Shown here piece by piece: positions 37,929 to 47,879 of a stretch of 49,798 nucleotides of DNA. The DNA is taken from positions 1 to 49,798 of the forward strand of contig JBAXAI010000027.1 of assembly GCA_037142615.1 (NCBI GenBank), in the 5' to 3' direction. How positions within the stretch are numbered: position 1 is the stretch's first letter; every line of letters starts with the position of its first letter. The notes under the pieces are model-generated. The model saw only the letters and a program-made list of their open reading frames with translations, had not been told where the DNA came from and ran no database searches. Origin of the DNA: Spirochaetales bacterium (GTDB lineage: Bacteria > Spirochaetota > Spirochaetia > JABEVK01). The translations under genes and the position numbers were made by a program.

Positions 37929-40091
37929 GTGATCAACCGTTTTCGCTCTGCGGGTTTTTTGGTGGTGTCTTTGCTGGCCGCGCTGTTGGTGGCGGGGTGC
38001 GACGACCCGGTGATGCCGACGTCGATTGCCAAGACGGCCGCGTCAGGTTCTACGGCGACCACGACCACGACCACGGCAACGACCACGGCAACTGCCGGGC
38101 CCACCCTCAGTTCCTTGGCCATTTCGACCGGAACTTTGACCCCCGCCTTTTCGGCCAGCGTGACCGACTACACCGCGATCGTGCCAAACTCTGTCGCAAC
38201 GCTCACCCTGACGGCGACCGCCAGCGATTCGGCCGCCACAGTCGCCTCGGCCGGCGCTCAGACTTTGGCGATTGGTCGCAACGACTTTCCGGTGACGGTG
38301 ACGGCCCCCGACAAGACTGCCGCCACCTACACCGTTCACGTGACGCGTGACTTTGTGCGGTCTTCGGTGAGCCAGTTGGCCAGCCTGACCTATACATTGA
38401 ACGGTACCGCGACCGCCTACTCAAACTTGAACCCTCCGTTTTCGCCGGGCGTATTCGATTACGCCTTGACGCTACCCGCCGCTGCAACCAGTCTGGCTCT
38501 GGTTGCCTCCGCAGCCGATACCTTGGCAACCACCACCCAAACCGGTGGAACAACCTTGGCGAACGGCAACAATGTGTTGACCCTCGAAGTAGCTGCGGCG
38601 GACTCGACGACCAAATCGACCTACAAAGTGAATGTCAACCGGCTTGCCTATGGGGCCCTTGGGCAACTGCCTTCGGGCAACCCCTACCTTTCCGGACTGA
38701 CGTTTGCAACAACGCCGGCCTCGACCACTTCGGTTCTCAGTCCGACATTTGTTCCGGGGACGCTTTCGTACCTGCTTCAGGTTCCTGCGACCACCACAGC
38801 CGTGACTCTGACTCCCACCAACGCCAACGGTGCCGCGATGACTTGGACTGGTGCCACCGGGACCGTGACGACGATTACGACCACTTACGCCAAGACCTTG
38901 ACCGCCAACGCCTCGACGACCACGCCGGTCTTCACCAACATGAAGATCACCTCCACCGCGCAAGACGGCACCGCAGTCCTTTACCAGATCATGGTGGAGC
39001 AGATGCCCTCGGGTGCCACCGCCCCGCTCTCAAACGACAGCACCCTCAGCAACCTCACCCTTTCGGTCGGCACCCTCAGCCCGACTTTTGCCCTGGGCAA
39101 AGTCAACGGCCAGACCCTGTACCGAGCGACGCTTCCCGGTGGGACCAAGACGGTCACCGTAACTCCGACCAAGAACGCCACCACCGCCACTTTGGGTGCT
39201 ACCACCGGCGCGACCGGACTGTCGACCGGGTCCAACACCATCACCATTCCCGTCACGGCTGCCGATGGCTCGGTGACCACCTACACCATCCTGGCCTACG
39301 TGCCGCCGGCCTCCTCGACCGACGCCACGCTGAAGTCGCTTTCCCTCGCGGGGGCTACGCTGACGCCTGCCTTCTCGCCGGCTGTCACCCAATACACGGC
39401 GACTTTGGCCAGCGGGACGACGTCTGCCAATGTAACGGCCTTGTCCGCCGACTCGCTGGCCACCGTGGCCTCGACCGGAATCACCGGTCTGGTTGTGGGA
39501 CCCAACACGATCAATACCACCGTGACGGCCACCGACGGCACCACGCAAAAGGTCTACACCATCACCGCTACCGTGGCTGCGGCCAGCACCGGAACCGGGG
39601 GCGGCACGGGGACGGGGGGAGGGACGGGGACCGCCGCCATCCCCGCGAACGCCACGTTTGTGGTTTCCGCAACGTACGGTGGCTCCAACAACGGTGCTTT
39701 CTTCCTTTGGGTGACGACTTCGGCCAGCCCCAATGTTTACCTCGACACCCTCGAGTACTACCCTATGTCGCAGGCCCAGATTCCGACCACAAACGCCTAC
39801 AAGACCGCAGCAGGAACTGGCGCAAAGGTCGATGGCGTGTCGGGTGCCACCTCCTGGGTGAACGGCACGACTTACTCCTGGGATTTCAAGGATAGCAAAG
39901 GGGTTCTCCAGCCTCCGGGAACGTACGTGGTCCATGTTTTGGGCTTCCAGAAGTCAGGTACAGCGAACAACCTGGAGTCGACAGCGACAATCACGTTGGG
40001 AACCACTGCCGCCCTCAACACAACCGTGAATCTTGCACCGCTGAATGCAGCCCTGCTTTCCGCAGGATCGGTGAAGTACACCACCCCATGA
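37929..40091 (+). CDS. Lipoprotein with five cadherin-like beta-sandwich repeats and a C-terminal DUF2271-like flavinylation domain
   Basis: Lipobox VAGC; five LxxL..L(T/S/N)PxF..Y repeats; Gly/Thr linker; LWV..YLDTL..VDGVSGAT..WD.KD.KG..PPGTY. Confidence 0.8.
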   Translation: MINRFRSAGFLVVSLLAALLVAGCDDPVMPTSIAKTAASGSTATTTTTTATTTATAGPTLSSLAISTGTLTPAFSASVTDYTAIVPNSVATLTLTATASDSAATVASAGAQTLAIGRNDFPVTVTAPDKTAATYTVHVTRDFVRSSVSQLASLTYTLNGTATAYSNLNPPFSPGVFDYALTLPAAATSLALVASAADTLATTTQTGGTTLANGNNVLTLEVAAADSTTKSTYKVNVNRLAYGALGQLPSGNPYLSGLTFATTPASTTSVLSPTFVPGTLSYLLQVPATTTAVTLTPTNANGAAMTWTGATGTVTTITTTYAKTLTANASTTTPVFTNMKITSTAQDGTAVLYQIMVEQMPSGATAPLSNDSTLSNLTLSVGTLSPTFALGKVNGQTLYRATLPGGTKTVTVTPTKNATTATLGATTGATGLSTGSNTITIPVTAADGSVTTYTILAYVPPASSTDATLKSLSLAGATLTPAFSPAVTQYTATLASGTTSANVTALSADSLATVASTGITGLVVGPNTINTTVTATDGTTQKVYTITATVAAASTGTGGGTGTGGGTGTAAIPANATFVVSATYGGSNNGAFFLWVTTSASPNVYLDTLEYYPMSQAQIPTTNAYKTAAGTGAKVDGVSGATSWVNGTTYSWDFKDSKGVLQPPGTYVVHVLGFQKSGTANNLESTATITLGTTAALNTTVNLAPLNAALLSAGSVKYTTP

Positions 40092-41209
40092 AGCACCTTC
40101 TCCTCACCTACCTCCTGCTGGCGTTTGGTGCCACGGCTTTGTCCGCCCAGCAGGAGTTCAGCCTCGACGACGTGGCCTCGACCCCCGCGCCAACGCCCGC
40201 CCGAAGTCGAATGCCCGCCGCTGCGGCCTCAAGCCCGGCTGCGGGAGGCATCAAGACCAACCTGTACGCCGACGCGGACCTGCGGGTGACGGTTCCCTTT
40301 GCACCCGAAGATCCCACGGCTCCTCCTCCCTCGCTGACGTTCCTGCAGAACCACACGGCTATCCTGCTCAAGGCGCTGTACAACGGCGACCAGGCCTCGA
40401 TGATCGTCGATGCCCTGCACGCCGACAGCTACTTCGAGCTGGGCGTCAACGGAAGCTTGTTGGGCCCGGACTTCCTCAAAATCCCGGTCTTGGGAACCAG
40501 TTCGTTCCGCTTCGGGCGCATGTTGGTACCGTTTGGGGATTTTGAGTTCCACCATCTCTATGGAGGCTACGTCGATGAGTCGGGCTTGTTGTTCAACAAA
40601 CTGTGGTCCGACCTCGGCGTGTCGTGGAAGCTCACCCTGCTCGACGGGCTTGAATCGGAGCTGTTTGTTGGCAACGGGTTCGGTTCCACCGGCAGTAACC
40701 CGGCCTTCCAGTCGGCGTCGCAAGACAACAACCTGTACAAGGCCGTGGTCGAACGCTTCCGCTGGCAACCTACCCCGGCGACCTATGTTCTTCTGTCAGG
40801 CTACCTTAACCAATGGGGCGCCAATGACAAACCCGAGAACTGGCTCTACATGGCCGGGCTCGATGCGGGCACCAAACTCGGCCCGGTGGGCCTCAAGGCG
40901 GGTGGCTTTTTCAACCAGAACTTCGGTGCCACCCCCAAAGACTACTTCCGCTATGCCTGGTACGCCGAAACCAAGTACACCTTCGACAGCGCGCTGGCTC
41001 TCAGGCTTCGCGGAGGTTCCATGAACCCAGACTCGCGCGCCAAGGACGACACCGACCAGGCGAATGCCAACCTGGCCCTGCTCTGGAACGTGGGCCCCCT
41101 GGCCTTCGAGTTCATGTACTCCTTCAACCAGGAGACCTACTTCCTGTTCGACTCGCAAGTGCCGAACAACTACCACCAACTGCTCATCAAATGCCTTTTG
41201 AACCTGTAA
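40088..41209 (+). CDS. Putative outer-membrane beta-barrel (porin-like)
   Basis: Signal peptide; FGRMLVPFG, W.DLGV, GNG motifs; amphipathic aromatic strands. Confidence 0.65.
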   Translation: MKHLLLTYLLLAFGATALSAQQEFSLDDVASTPAPTPARSRMPAAAASSPAAGGIKTNLYADADLRVTVPFAPEDPTAPPPSLTFLQNHTAILLKALYNGDQASMIVDALHADSYFELGVNGSLLGPDFLKIPVLGTSSFRFGRMLVPFGDFEFHHLYGGYVDESGLLFNKLWSDLGVSWKLTLLDGLESELFVGNGFGSTGSNPAFQSASQDNNLYKAVVERFRWQPTPATYVLLSGYLNQWGANDKPENWLYMAGLDAGTKLGPVGLKAGGFFNQNFGATPKDYFRYAWYAETKYTFDSALALRLRGGSMNPDSRAKDDTDQANANLALLWNVGPLAFEFMYSFNQETYFLFDSQVPNNYHQLLIKCLLNL

Positions 41210-41228
41210 TTTCTTCCAAGGAGAGAAC

Positions 41229-41774
41229 ATGAAGAAGATTTTTGCCCTCGTACTGCTCGCCGTCTGCGCCTCGCTGCCCTTGGCCGCCAACACCTATCTG
41301 GAGCTCAAGGACGCGCTCAAGCTCCTGTTGCCGACCGGCCAGAAGTACTTCAAGCAAGACATCGAACTGACCGACGCCCAGGCCAAGGTGCTCAACACCA
41401 AGTGGGACAACGGCGGCTACCAAGCGGGTGACCCGTTCACCATGTATTACACCAAGGACGCCTCCGGCAAAGTGACCGGCGTGGCCGTGGTGATGACTGA
41501 GTTCATTTTGCGCTTCAGCTCGTCGCACACGTGGATGATCGGCGTCAAACCCGATCTGTCGCTGTCGGGCGTGGCGATGCTCGAAATCACCAATGAACAC
41601 GCCTACGGGCTTTCATCGAAGGCCTTCCAGGCTCAGTTCACCGCCAAGAATCCCACGACCACCAAACTTGGCGCAGGCATCGACGCTGTGACCGGGGCCA
41701 CCGACTCGTGCCAGTTAGTCATCGACTCCACGCAGAAAGTGCTGTACCTGATCAGCCAGTTCCCGCCGCAATGA
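41229..41774 (+). CDS. Periplasmic FMN-binding domain protein
   Basis: Signal peptide; E..YG....F..QF; IDAVTGAT flavinylation motif. Confidence 0.82.
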   Translation: MKKIFALVLLAVCASLPLAANTYLELKDALKLLLPTGQKYFKQDIELTDAQAKVLNTKWDNGGYQAGDPFTMYYTKDASGKVTGVAVVMTEFILRFSSSHTWMIGVKPDLSLSGVAMLEITNEHAYGLSSKAFQAQFTAKNPTTTKLGAGIDAVTGATDSCQLVIDSTQKVLYLISQFPPQ

Positions 41775-43585
41775 AGCGCCTCGTCATCCTTGGCAACGGG
41801 ATGGCTGCCGGCAAGCTCGTTCAAGAGCTCGTCCGGCGCGGCTATCGCGACCAGATCACCCTCGTCGGCGCCGAAGGCCCCGGGGTCTTCAACCGCATTC
41901 TGCTGACCCCGTACCTGACCCAACCGCCCAAGGACGACTTCTGGCTCGTGACGCCCGAGTGGCTGGCCGAACACAAAGTCGAAACGCTGAACGGCCTGAC
42001 GGCGACGGCCATCGACCGCGACAAAAAGCTCGTGCACTTTGAAGGCGGCCGCACCGAAGCCTACGACACGCTGGTGCTGGCGCTGGGGTCCAGGCCCTTT
42101 TTGCCGCCCATCGCGGGCGTTGAGCTGCCCGGGGTTCACACGCTGCGCAGTTTGACCGATGCCGAACGCTTCCGCGCCGAACTACCGGCCGCCAAGCAAG
42201 TGCTGGTGATCGGTGGAGGCCTCATCGGGCTCGAAACGGCGCTCGAGCTTCACCGCGCCGGCTACCAGGTCACGGTGGCCCACGGGGTCCCTGGCCTGAT
42301 GGAACGCCACCTCGAGCTGCCGGCCGCGAACGTTCTGCGTCGCCACCTCGAAGCCTCGGGCCTCAAAGTGCTCACCGAAGTGGCCTGTACCGCGCTCGAA
42401 GCCAAGGACGGACGGGTGAACCGCGCCGTGTTCCGCGACGGGGCAACCCTCGACACCGACCTGGTCCTGGTGTCCACCGGTGCGATTCCTGTCACAGGTT
42501 TGGCTTCCGCCGCCGGGCTCGCCGTGGGCCGAGGTATTCAGGTGAACGACCAGTTGCTCACCGCTGACGCCAACATTTACGCGGTGGGCGAGTGCCTGGA
42601 ATGGAAAGGCCGCACGTGGGGGCTCCAAAGTTCCACCTACGAGCAGGCGCAAACGCTCGCCCAGGTGTTGGCTCCCAGCGCGGGGGCCCCCACCGCGGCC
42701 GCGAACGCCGTGGCGTACCAGCCCTCCGACTTCCCTCCGACCCGCCTCAAGGCCGAAGTGTTCACCGCAAGCCTGGGGGCGCTCGGCTCGCAACCCGGCG
42801 ACGACGTGCTCGAGTTCACCGACCCCGCGCGGGGCGTGTACAAGAAGGTCGTCGTCCGTCAGGGCAAAATCGTCGGCGCCCAGGCCGTCGGCTCACTCAC
42901 CGCTGACGACCCCGACCGCTGGGACTCCCTTGAAGTGGCCTACGCCACCGGGCAGGTGCTCACCCGGAGCGCGGGCGAGCTGCTGTTCGCCCCCGTGCCC
43001 ATGGACGCGACGGTGGCCAAGTCGTGGCCCGACAACCTGCGCGTGTGCAATTGCAACGGCGTTTCGGCCGGCGACATCCGCGAGGCCATCGCCAACGGCT
43101 GCCTCACCCCCGAAGCGGTGATGAAGACCACCCGGGCCGGCACAGGCTGTTCCACCTGCCGTGGCCGCTTGCGCCTGCTCGTCGAGGCCGAAGTGGGCTC
43201 GAGCGGCAAAAAGGACAGCGCGTGGAAGCGCTTCCGCCGCGCCTGGCGCGAAAAGGAGATCCGTGGGTTTACTCCCTACTGGATCGTGAGTTACTTCATC
43301 GACTTTGTGCTCTTGTTCTGCGCGGTCGCGGTGCTGGTCACGGGTATCATCAAGTTCCCGGGCTTTTTGGCGTGGCTGTTCCAAACGATGCACGACCTGT
43401 TTCCCGACGCGCACTTCAGCGTGCGGCGCCTCACCATGGAAGCCGAAAAGCTCAAGGACCTGTTGGCGTGGTGGCACGACTGGGGCGGCTTGGTGATGAC
43501 GGGCGCGGTCGTTCTGCACCTCGTGATCCACTGGAGCATGATGCTGTCGTTTGTCCGGTCAATGCTGACCCGCAAAAGGAAGTAA
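41771..43585 (+). CDS. NAD(P)/FAD oxidoreductase fused to BFD-like [2Fe-2S] and DUF4405-like membrane domains
   Basis: GNGMAAG, GGGLIGLE, AVGEC; CNC...GTGCSTC; TM helices with H.W.G...HL.IHW; ATGA overlap. Confidence 0.85.
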   Translation: MKRLVILGNGMAAGKLVQELVRRGYRDQITLVGAEGPGVFNRILLTPYLTQPPKDDFWLVTPEWLAEHKVETLNGLTATAIDRDKKLVHFEGGRTEAYDTLVLALGSRPFLPPIAGVELPGVHTLRSLTDAERFRAELPAAKQVLVIGGGLIGLETALELHRAGYQVTVAHGVPGLMERHLELPAANVLRRHLEASGLKVLTEVACTALEAKDGRVNRAVFRDGATLDTDLVLVSTGAIPVTGLASAAGLAVGRGIQVNDQLLTADANIYAVGECLEWKGRTWGLQSSTYEQAQTLAQVLAPSAGAPTAAANAVAYQPSDFPPTRLKAEVFTASLGALGSQPGDDVLEFTDPARGVYKKVVVRQGKIVGAQAVGSLTADDPDRWDSLEVAYATGQVLTRSAGELLFAPVPMDATVAKSWPDNLRVCNCNGVSAGDIREAIANGCLTPEAVMKTTRAGTGCSTCRGRLRLLVEAEVGSSGKKDSAWKRFRRAWREKEIRGFTPYWIVSYFIDFVLLFCAVAVLVTGIIKFPGFLAWLFQTMHDLFPDAHFSVRRLTMEAEKLKDLLAWWHDWGGLVMTGAVVLHLVIHWSMMLSFVRSMLTRKRK

Positions 43586-43588
43586 GCG

Positions 43589-44218
43589 TCAGCGCCGAAT
43601 CCACAGCTCCAAGTCACCCGACCCGATGGCGCGGCGTTCCTCACGGTGCCAGCCCAGCGGGAGCGGCACTCCGACGCCGTGGTAGCTCACGACCCGCGTG
43701 CCGGGCTTCAGTTCGTCGAGTTTGCGACGCACCATGCGGGTCAGGTCGAAGTAGCGGCCGCTGCCGAGCGGAATCTCGCGGTCGATGATCTGCTTTTCGC
43801 GCGGGGTATCTTCGAGCAACGCCTCGTAGAAGGGATTGTAGAAGTAGAACCCATCGAAGGTCGTCCAATCGAGCTGCTGCATCTCACCGCAAAAAAACTC
43901 GGCCCGCGTGGCGCCGAGCACGCCTTTCACGCGAAGCGCCTCCTCGTGCAGGCGGGGGCGCAGTTCGATGCCGGTGAACTCACCCTGGCTGGCCAGCGCG
44001 CCGATCAGGCAGAACTTGCCGCAGCCCGAGCCAACGTCGAGCACCCGGAACCCCGGATCGGTGACCAGCATGCGGGTGGCCTCGAGTGCCACCTGAACGG
44101 GGGTCCAGTGGGTGCGGCTGAGGTCGTAGAGGTCGTGCGGGTACAGCGCGTCGAAGGTGCTGTCCATTACGCCAACGCCTGCTTCGAGCCTGCTGACCAG
44201 GCGCTCAACCCGTACCAT
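43589..44218 (-). CDS. Class I SAM-dependent methyltransferase
   Basis: HWTP, VLDVGSGCGK, YFYNPF. Confidence 0.85.
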   Translation of the reverse strand: MVRVERLVSRLEAGVGVMDSTFDALYPHDLYDLSRTHWTPVQVALEATRMLVTDPGFRVLDVGSGCGKFCLIGALASQGEFTGIELRPRLHEEALRVKGVLGATRAEFFCGEMQQLDWTTFDGFYFYNPFYEALLEDTPREKQIIDREIPLGSGRYFDLTRMVRRKLDELKPGTRVVSYHGVGVPLPLGWHREERRAIGSGDLELWIRR

Positions 44219-44219
44219 G

Positions 44220-45410
44220 CTAGGCCTTGGCCACCGCAGGCAGCTTGATCGACAGCGTCGCAAACACGTTTATCAGCGCTATGACCGCCCCGAACGCAAA
44301 CACGCTCCAAAAGCCGAAGACCGCCCACAGCACGCCACCGCCGAGCGCGACCGTGATGCTGAAAATGTGGTCCACGCTGGTGGCCATCGTCAGCGTCGGC
44401 GTCACGTCGTCGGGCTTCAGGGCGATCTTTTTCAGATAGGTGGACCGTGCCATCCCCACCGACATCAGCATCTGGTCGAGCAGAAAGCACACCGACGCCA
44501 CCACCACCGCCGCCTCGTGCGGCAACAACAGAGGTCCCAGCGCGTACGCTCCGCACACGAAGATCAGCCCGAAGGCCTCCAGGAAGAGGACGACCCGTTC
44601 GCCCCAGGCGTCGATGGCGCGTCCCAAAAAGGGCTGGAACACGATGCCGAGCACACCGCCTATCGTCAGCAGAATGGCGATGAGCGTCACCGGTTGCCCC
44701 AGCACGCTCACCAGAACCCACGGAGCGAACGTGAGGAAGATCTGCTTGCGCGACCCGTAGAGCACGGTCAGCAAATAGTAGAGTCGGTAGGCCTTGGGAA
44801 AGTTCCAGTACACACGACCAGGGCGCGGGGCGTCGGGCGTCAGCCGGAACATCGCCCAGGCCCCCACGGCAAAGGCCGCCGACGCCGCCCAAAACCCCGC
44901 CTCGAGCGGGAGCGGGAACAACGCAAAGGCCACAAACACCAGCCCCGAACCGGTGATCGCCGCCAGGTTGCGCACCGCGTTGAGTTGGCCCAAACGCCGC
45001 CCGTCCTTGCCGCTGGCCGCCAGTTCCATGCCGATGCTGCTCGACAAAGGCAGCCACAGGTGCTGGCCCACGCTGAAGATAAACAGCCAACCGAGCATCA
45101 CGGCGTAGCTCGCGCTCAGGGTGCCGATCAGCAGAACCCCCACCGAAGCCAGCGCAAACGCCCACGCCGCCCTCCGCCGACTACCGATAAAGAACAGCAG
45201 CGCGCTGAACACCACGGTGAGCAAACCGGGGGTTTCACGCGGCAGTTCCAGGATAGTGCGGTTCAGGGCGCCCAGGTCAAAGCGCGCATGTAAATAGTTG
45301 TTGAACACCGAATCAAAAAAGGCCGAACCGAGGCCGTAGAAGAACGTTCCCAGCAAGAACCGCCTCAAATCGGGCGAAACAGACCGCCAGCGGCCCAGCA
45401 AAAAGTTCAT
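44220..45410 (-). CDS. MFS transporter
   Basis: About 12 hydrophobic helices; G.AID.WGER motif. Confidence 0.88.
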   Translation of the reverse strand: MNFLLGRWRSVSPDLRRFLLGTFFYGLGSAFFDSVFNNYLHARFDLGALNRTILELPRETPGLLTVVFSALLFFIGSRRRAAWAFALASVGVLLIGTLSASYAVMLGWLFIFSVGQHLWLPLSSSIGMELAASGKDGRRLGQLNAVRNLAAITGSGLVFVAFALFPLPLEAGFWAASAAFAVGAWAMFRLTPDAPRPGRVYWNFPKAYRLYYLLTVLYGSRKQIFLTFAPWVLVSVLGQPVTLIAILLTIGGVLGIVFQPFLGRAIDAWGERVVLFLEAFGLIFVCGAYALGPLLLPHEAAVVVASVCFLLDQMLMSVGMARSTYLKKIALKPDDVTPTLTMATSVDHIFSITVALGGGVLWAVFGFWSVFAFGAVIALINVFATLSIKLPAVAKA

Positions 45411-45450
45411 GCGGCATCATGACCGTTCTGTTAGTTTTTGTCGACTCAGC

Positions 45451-45478
45451 TTGCTTTTCTCAGCCAATGCGATAAACT
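45451..45478 (+). promoter_or_regulatory. Sigma70-type promoter
   Basis: TTGCTT-N16-TAAACT upstream of the AGGAGG SD. Confidence 0.5.
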
Positions 45479-45506
45479 AGCCTCATAAATGTTCCAGGAG
45501 GAAACC

Positions 45507-46166
45507 ATGAAGAAAACTATCCTGCTGTTGGCAGGTTTCATGCTACTGGCCTCAGTAGCGTGGTCGGATGAACTCGAACTGGGAATCGGTGCGGCAGCGC
45601 AGGGTGGCAGTAACAACGCGCTCAATGCAACGCAGACTGACCCCAATTCAGCCGAGAGCCTGTATGTCTTGAGGGCAGCCTATAACTGGCTGAACTTCGT
45701 CAATTTCTCGTTGGACTCGATCATTCTTCCGCCGTCCAGTGTCCAGAAAATGACATCAAGTTTCACCTACGACGCCAACTTCAACTTGGTCACCAATTTG
45801 GGGGTGTTCAGGCCCGGCATGGTCAATATGTTTGACGTTGGTGTCAAGTTTGCCCTTTTCAATAGGCTCGTGATGGGAGTCCAGGTCGGAGTGAACGATC
45901 TCTACATCTACAAGCTGGATGAGGTGAAGGCCTTGCTTCCCAACTTCAACACCAGTTTGGGTGCCAATATCAAGGTGACTACCGGCTGGAAGTTCTCTGA
46001 TAATCTTGGACTCGAAGTCGCCATGTATTCGATCCAGTCCGATCCTGACACCGCTATCAAGGTGATTGAAGGGATCGCGTCGAAAGATTCCGCCGTTCAG
46101 AGTCAAGCGGTAGGACGCCTGCTTGATAACGCAGCCTTGGCTGCCATCGTCGTCTTGTACCTATAA
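45507..46166 (+). CDS. Exported hypothetical protein, possible small outer-membrane beta-barrel
   Basis: Signal peptide; alternating beta-strands; hydrophobic C-terminal strand. Confidence 0.6.
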   Translation: MKKTILLLAGFMLLASVAWSDELELGIGAAAQGGSNNALNATQTDPNSAESLYVLRAAYNWLNFVNFSLDSIILPPSSVQKMTSSFTYDANFNLVTNLGVFRPGMVNMFDVGVKFALFNRLVMGVQVGVNDLYIYKLDEVKALLPNFNTSLGANIKVTTGWKFSDNLGLEVAMYSIQSDPDTAIKVIEGIASKDSAVQSQAVGRLLDNAALAAIVVLYL

Positions 46167-46177
46167 GGAGGTCCAGA

Positions 46178-47791
46178 ATGAAGACACTTACTAAGAAAAT
46201 TCAGCCCCTGGCCGTCCTCGTCGTGTTGATGGCCTTCTTCCTGACCAGTTGCGATCAAGTCCTCGAGGCTTTCTATCCGGAGTTCGGAACTGGCAAGAGC
46301 TTCTCAACTTCAGGCCTGACGCTCACGCTGACCGTAGACAAGACCATTCCCGGAAACATTGTTGTCGGTCTTGTGCCCTATGACTTCAACAGTTCTGCCG
46401 GAACCAACGGCGCCTACGTGGCCAACCTCAAGAACTTCGTCTCGCAGAGGTTCACCACTTCGGCATTGGACGCCAAGAGCCAGTACACCTATAGCTTTAC
46501 GATGCTCCCCGGGACCACGTATCGACTGATTGCCTTTGTCGAAGACGACACCAAGGCGAATACGCCGGCCAAGTCCACTTCGGGCCAAGCGAACTCATAC
46601 ATCGGCACGGTTCTTTCTGTGAACCAGAAAGATCTGTTCACCTCCGATGATGCCAAGTCAGCCGGCGGCAAGGTCGGTGGAAACTTGGGAGTTTCAACGA
46701 ACCTCCCGATCGACGTCTACTACGAGTTGTTTGGAACCACAGCCGACAAGTCACAGGCGTTCAAGGTCAATTCGCCGTTGTCGTTCGATAATGTTACGGC
46801 AAACCTCAATCAACTGAGCCTCTACCGGCCCTTCGACTACGGAAACACCCCCGTGATCCAGGTCGAGTACGACCTCACTGGTCCTTCCGGATTTACGGCC
46901 GTGAGCGGCGAGAATGTCACTGTGGCTACTGGCCAAGCTTTGGGCGGGGACATTTTCCTTCCCAGCAAGGCCTTGAATGCCATGGGCTCGTACCGACTCA
47001 CTGTCTACTACTGGCTCGGTGGGGCTTCGCCCGATAACACGAACCTGAGTTCCGTCCACCGTGGCTTGGTGCAGGACTTCTACGTTGCCGACAATTCCGG
47101 CGCCACGACTTCGTCAGAATTGGCGAATGGGACGTACTTCACCTTGAAGGCTTCCGTGAGTGGCCTTTCTGCGGGGCAATACGGGCAGCTGTATTATCTT
47201 GACCCATGGGGAAACTACGTGACCTACGGGACCTATGTGGACTCAAACACCACCGGGGAAGTGGTGCTGGGTGACGTGAGTTACTACAGTGCCCAGTTCT
47301 ACGGTGCCCATGGTCAGTTGGTACTCGACGTCTACTCCAATACGGGCGGTTTCCTGTATCGTCAGAACTTGGCGGACCCGTACAACGAAATGTACCTTTC
47401 GACGGGAGCGACGAGCCTCACCAAGTATTTTGCGCTCAGTTCAACGTTGCCACTCGCTCAGGGTTCGCTGTACACAATCAACTTCAACCTGGACGCGTCC
47501 AATCTCGGTCAGTATGGGCAGACCCTCAACAACGGTGACGAAGTTACGTTGTACGTGTACAACAACAATCAGGGCTACTACCCCTACTACGCTAACGACA
47601 CGTTCACTTACCATGGTGGTTCGTACCTGAGTGGCACTCTCACCAACGGCCATGGTACTAATCAGGACTTCTACTACACCAATAATGATGTCGTTTGGGT
47701 GTATGTGAATGGGGGGTATGTCGGAACTGCGAACATCCAGATGAACGCCGGTTCAACGGTGTTCACCGTTGCTTCGCCGTTGGGTTACTAG
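46178..47791 (+). CDS. Tyr/Asn/Gly-rich hypothetical lipoprotein
   Basis: Lipobox LTSC; AAGGAGG SD; 537-aa ORF. Confidence 0.75.
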   Translation: MKTLTKKIQPLAVLVVLMAFFLTSCDQVLEAFYPEFGTGKSFSTSGLTLTLTVDKTIPGNIVVGLVPYDFNSSAGTNGAYVANLKNFVSQRFTTSALDAKSQYTYSFTMLPGTTYRLIAFVEDDTKANTPAKSTSGQANSYIGTVLSVNQKDLFTSDDAKSAGGKVGGNLGVSTNLPIDVYYELFGTTADKSQAFKVNSPLSFDNVTANLNQLSLYRPFDYGNTPVIQVEYDLTGPSGFTAVSGENVTVATGQALGGDIFLPSKALNAMGSYRLTVYYWLGGASPDNTNLSSVHRGLVQDFYVADNSGATTSSELANGTYFTLKASVSGLSAGQYGQLYYLDPWGNYVTYGTYVDSNTTGEVVLGDVSYYSAQFYGAHGQLVLDVYSNTGGFLYRQNLADPYNEMYLSTGATSLTKYFALSSTLPLAQGSLYTINFNLDASNLGQYGQTLNNGDEVTLYVYNNNQGYYPYYANDTFTYHGGSYLSGTLTNGHGTNQDFYYTNNDVVWVYVNGGYVGTANIQMNAGSTVFTVASPLGY

Positions 47792-47822
47792 TCCGATTCT
47801 TTTCGCTTCACCTAGGTGAACG

Positions 47823-47856
47823 AGAGGCCAGCCCCCCGGGGCTGGCCTCTTTTTTT
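47823..47856 (+). terminator. Rho-independent terminator
   Basis: AGAGGCCAGCCC-loop-GGGCTGGCCTCT followed by a T-run. Confidence 0.9.
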
Positions 47857-47879
47857 GCCCTTGTGTTATCTTCTCGCTC

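Noticed and set aside
41771-43585. Calling this gene nirB
   Set aside because: No siroheme/[4Fe-4S] domain and no nirD.
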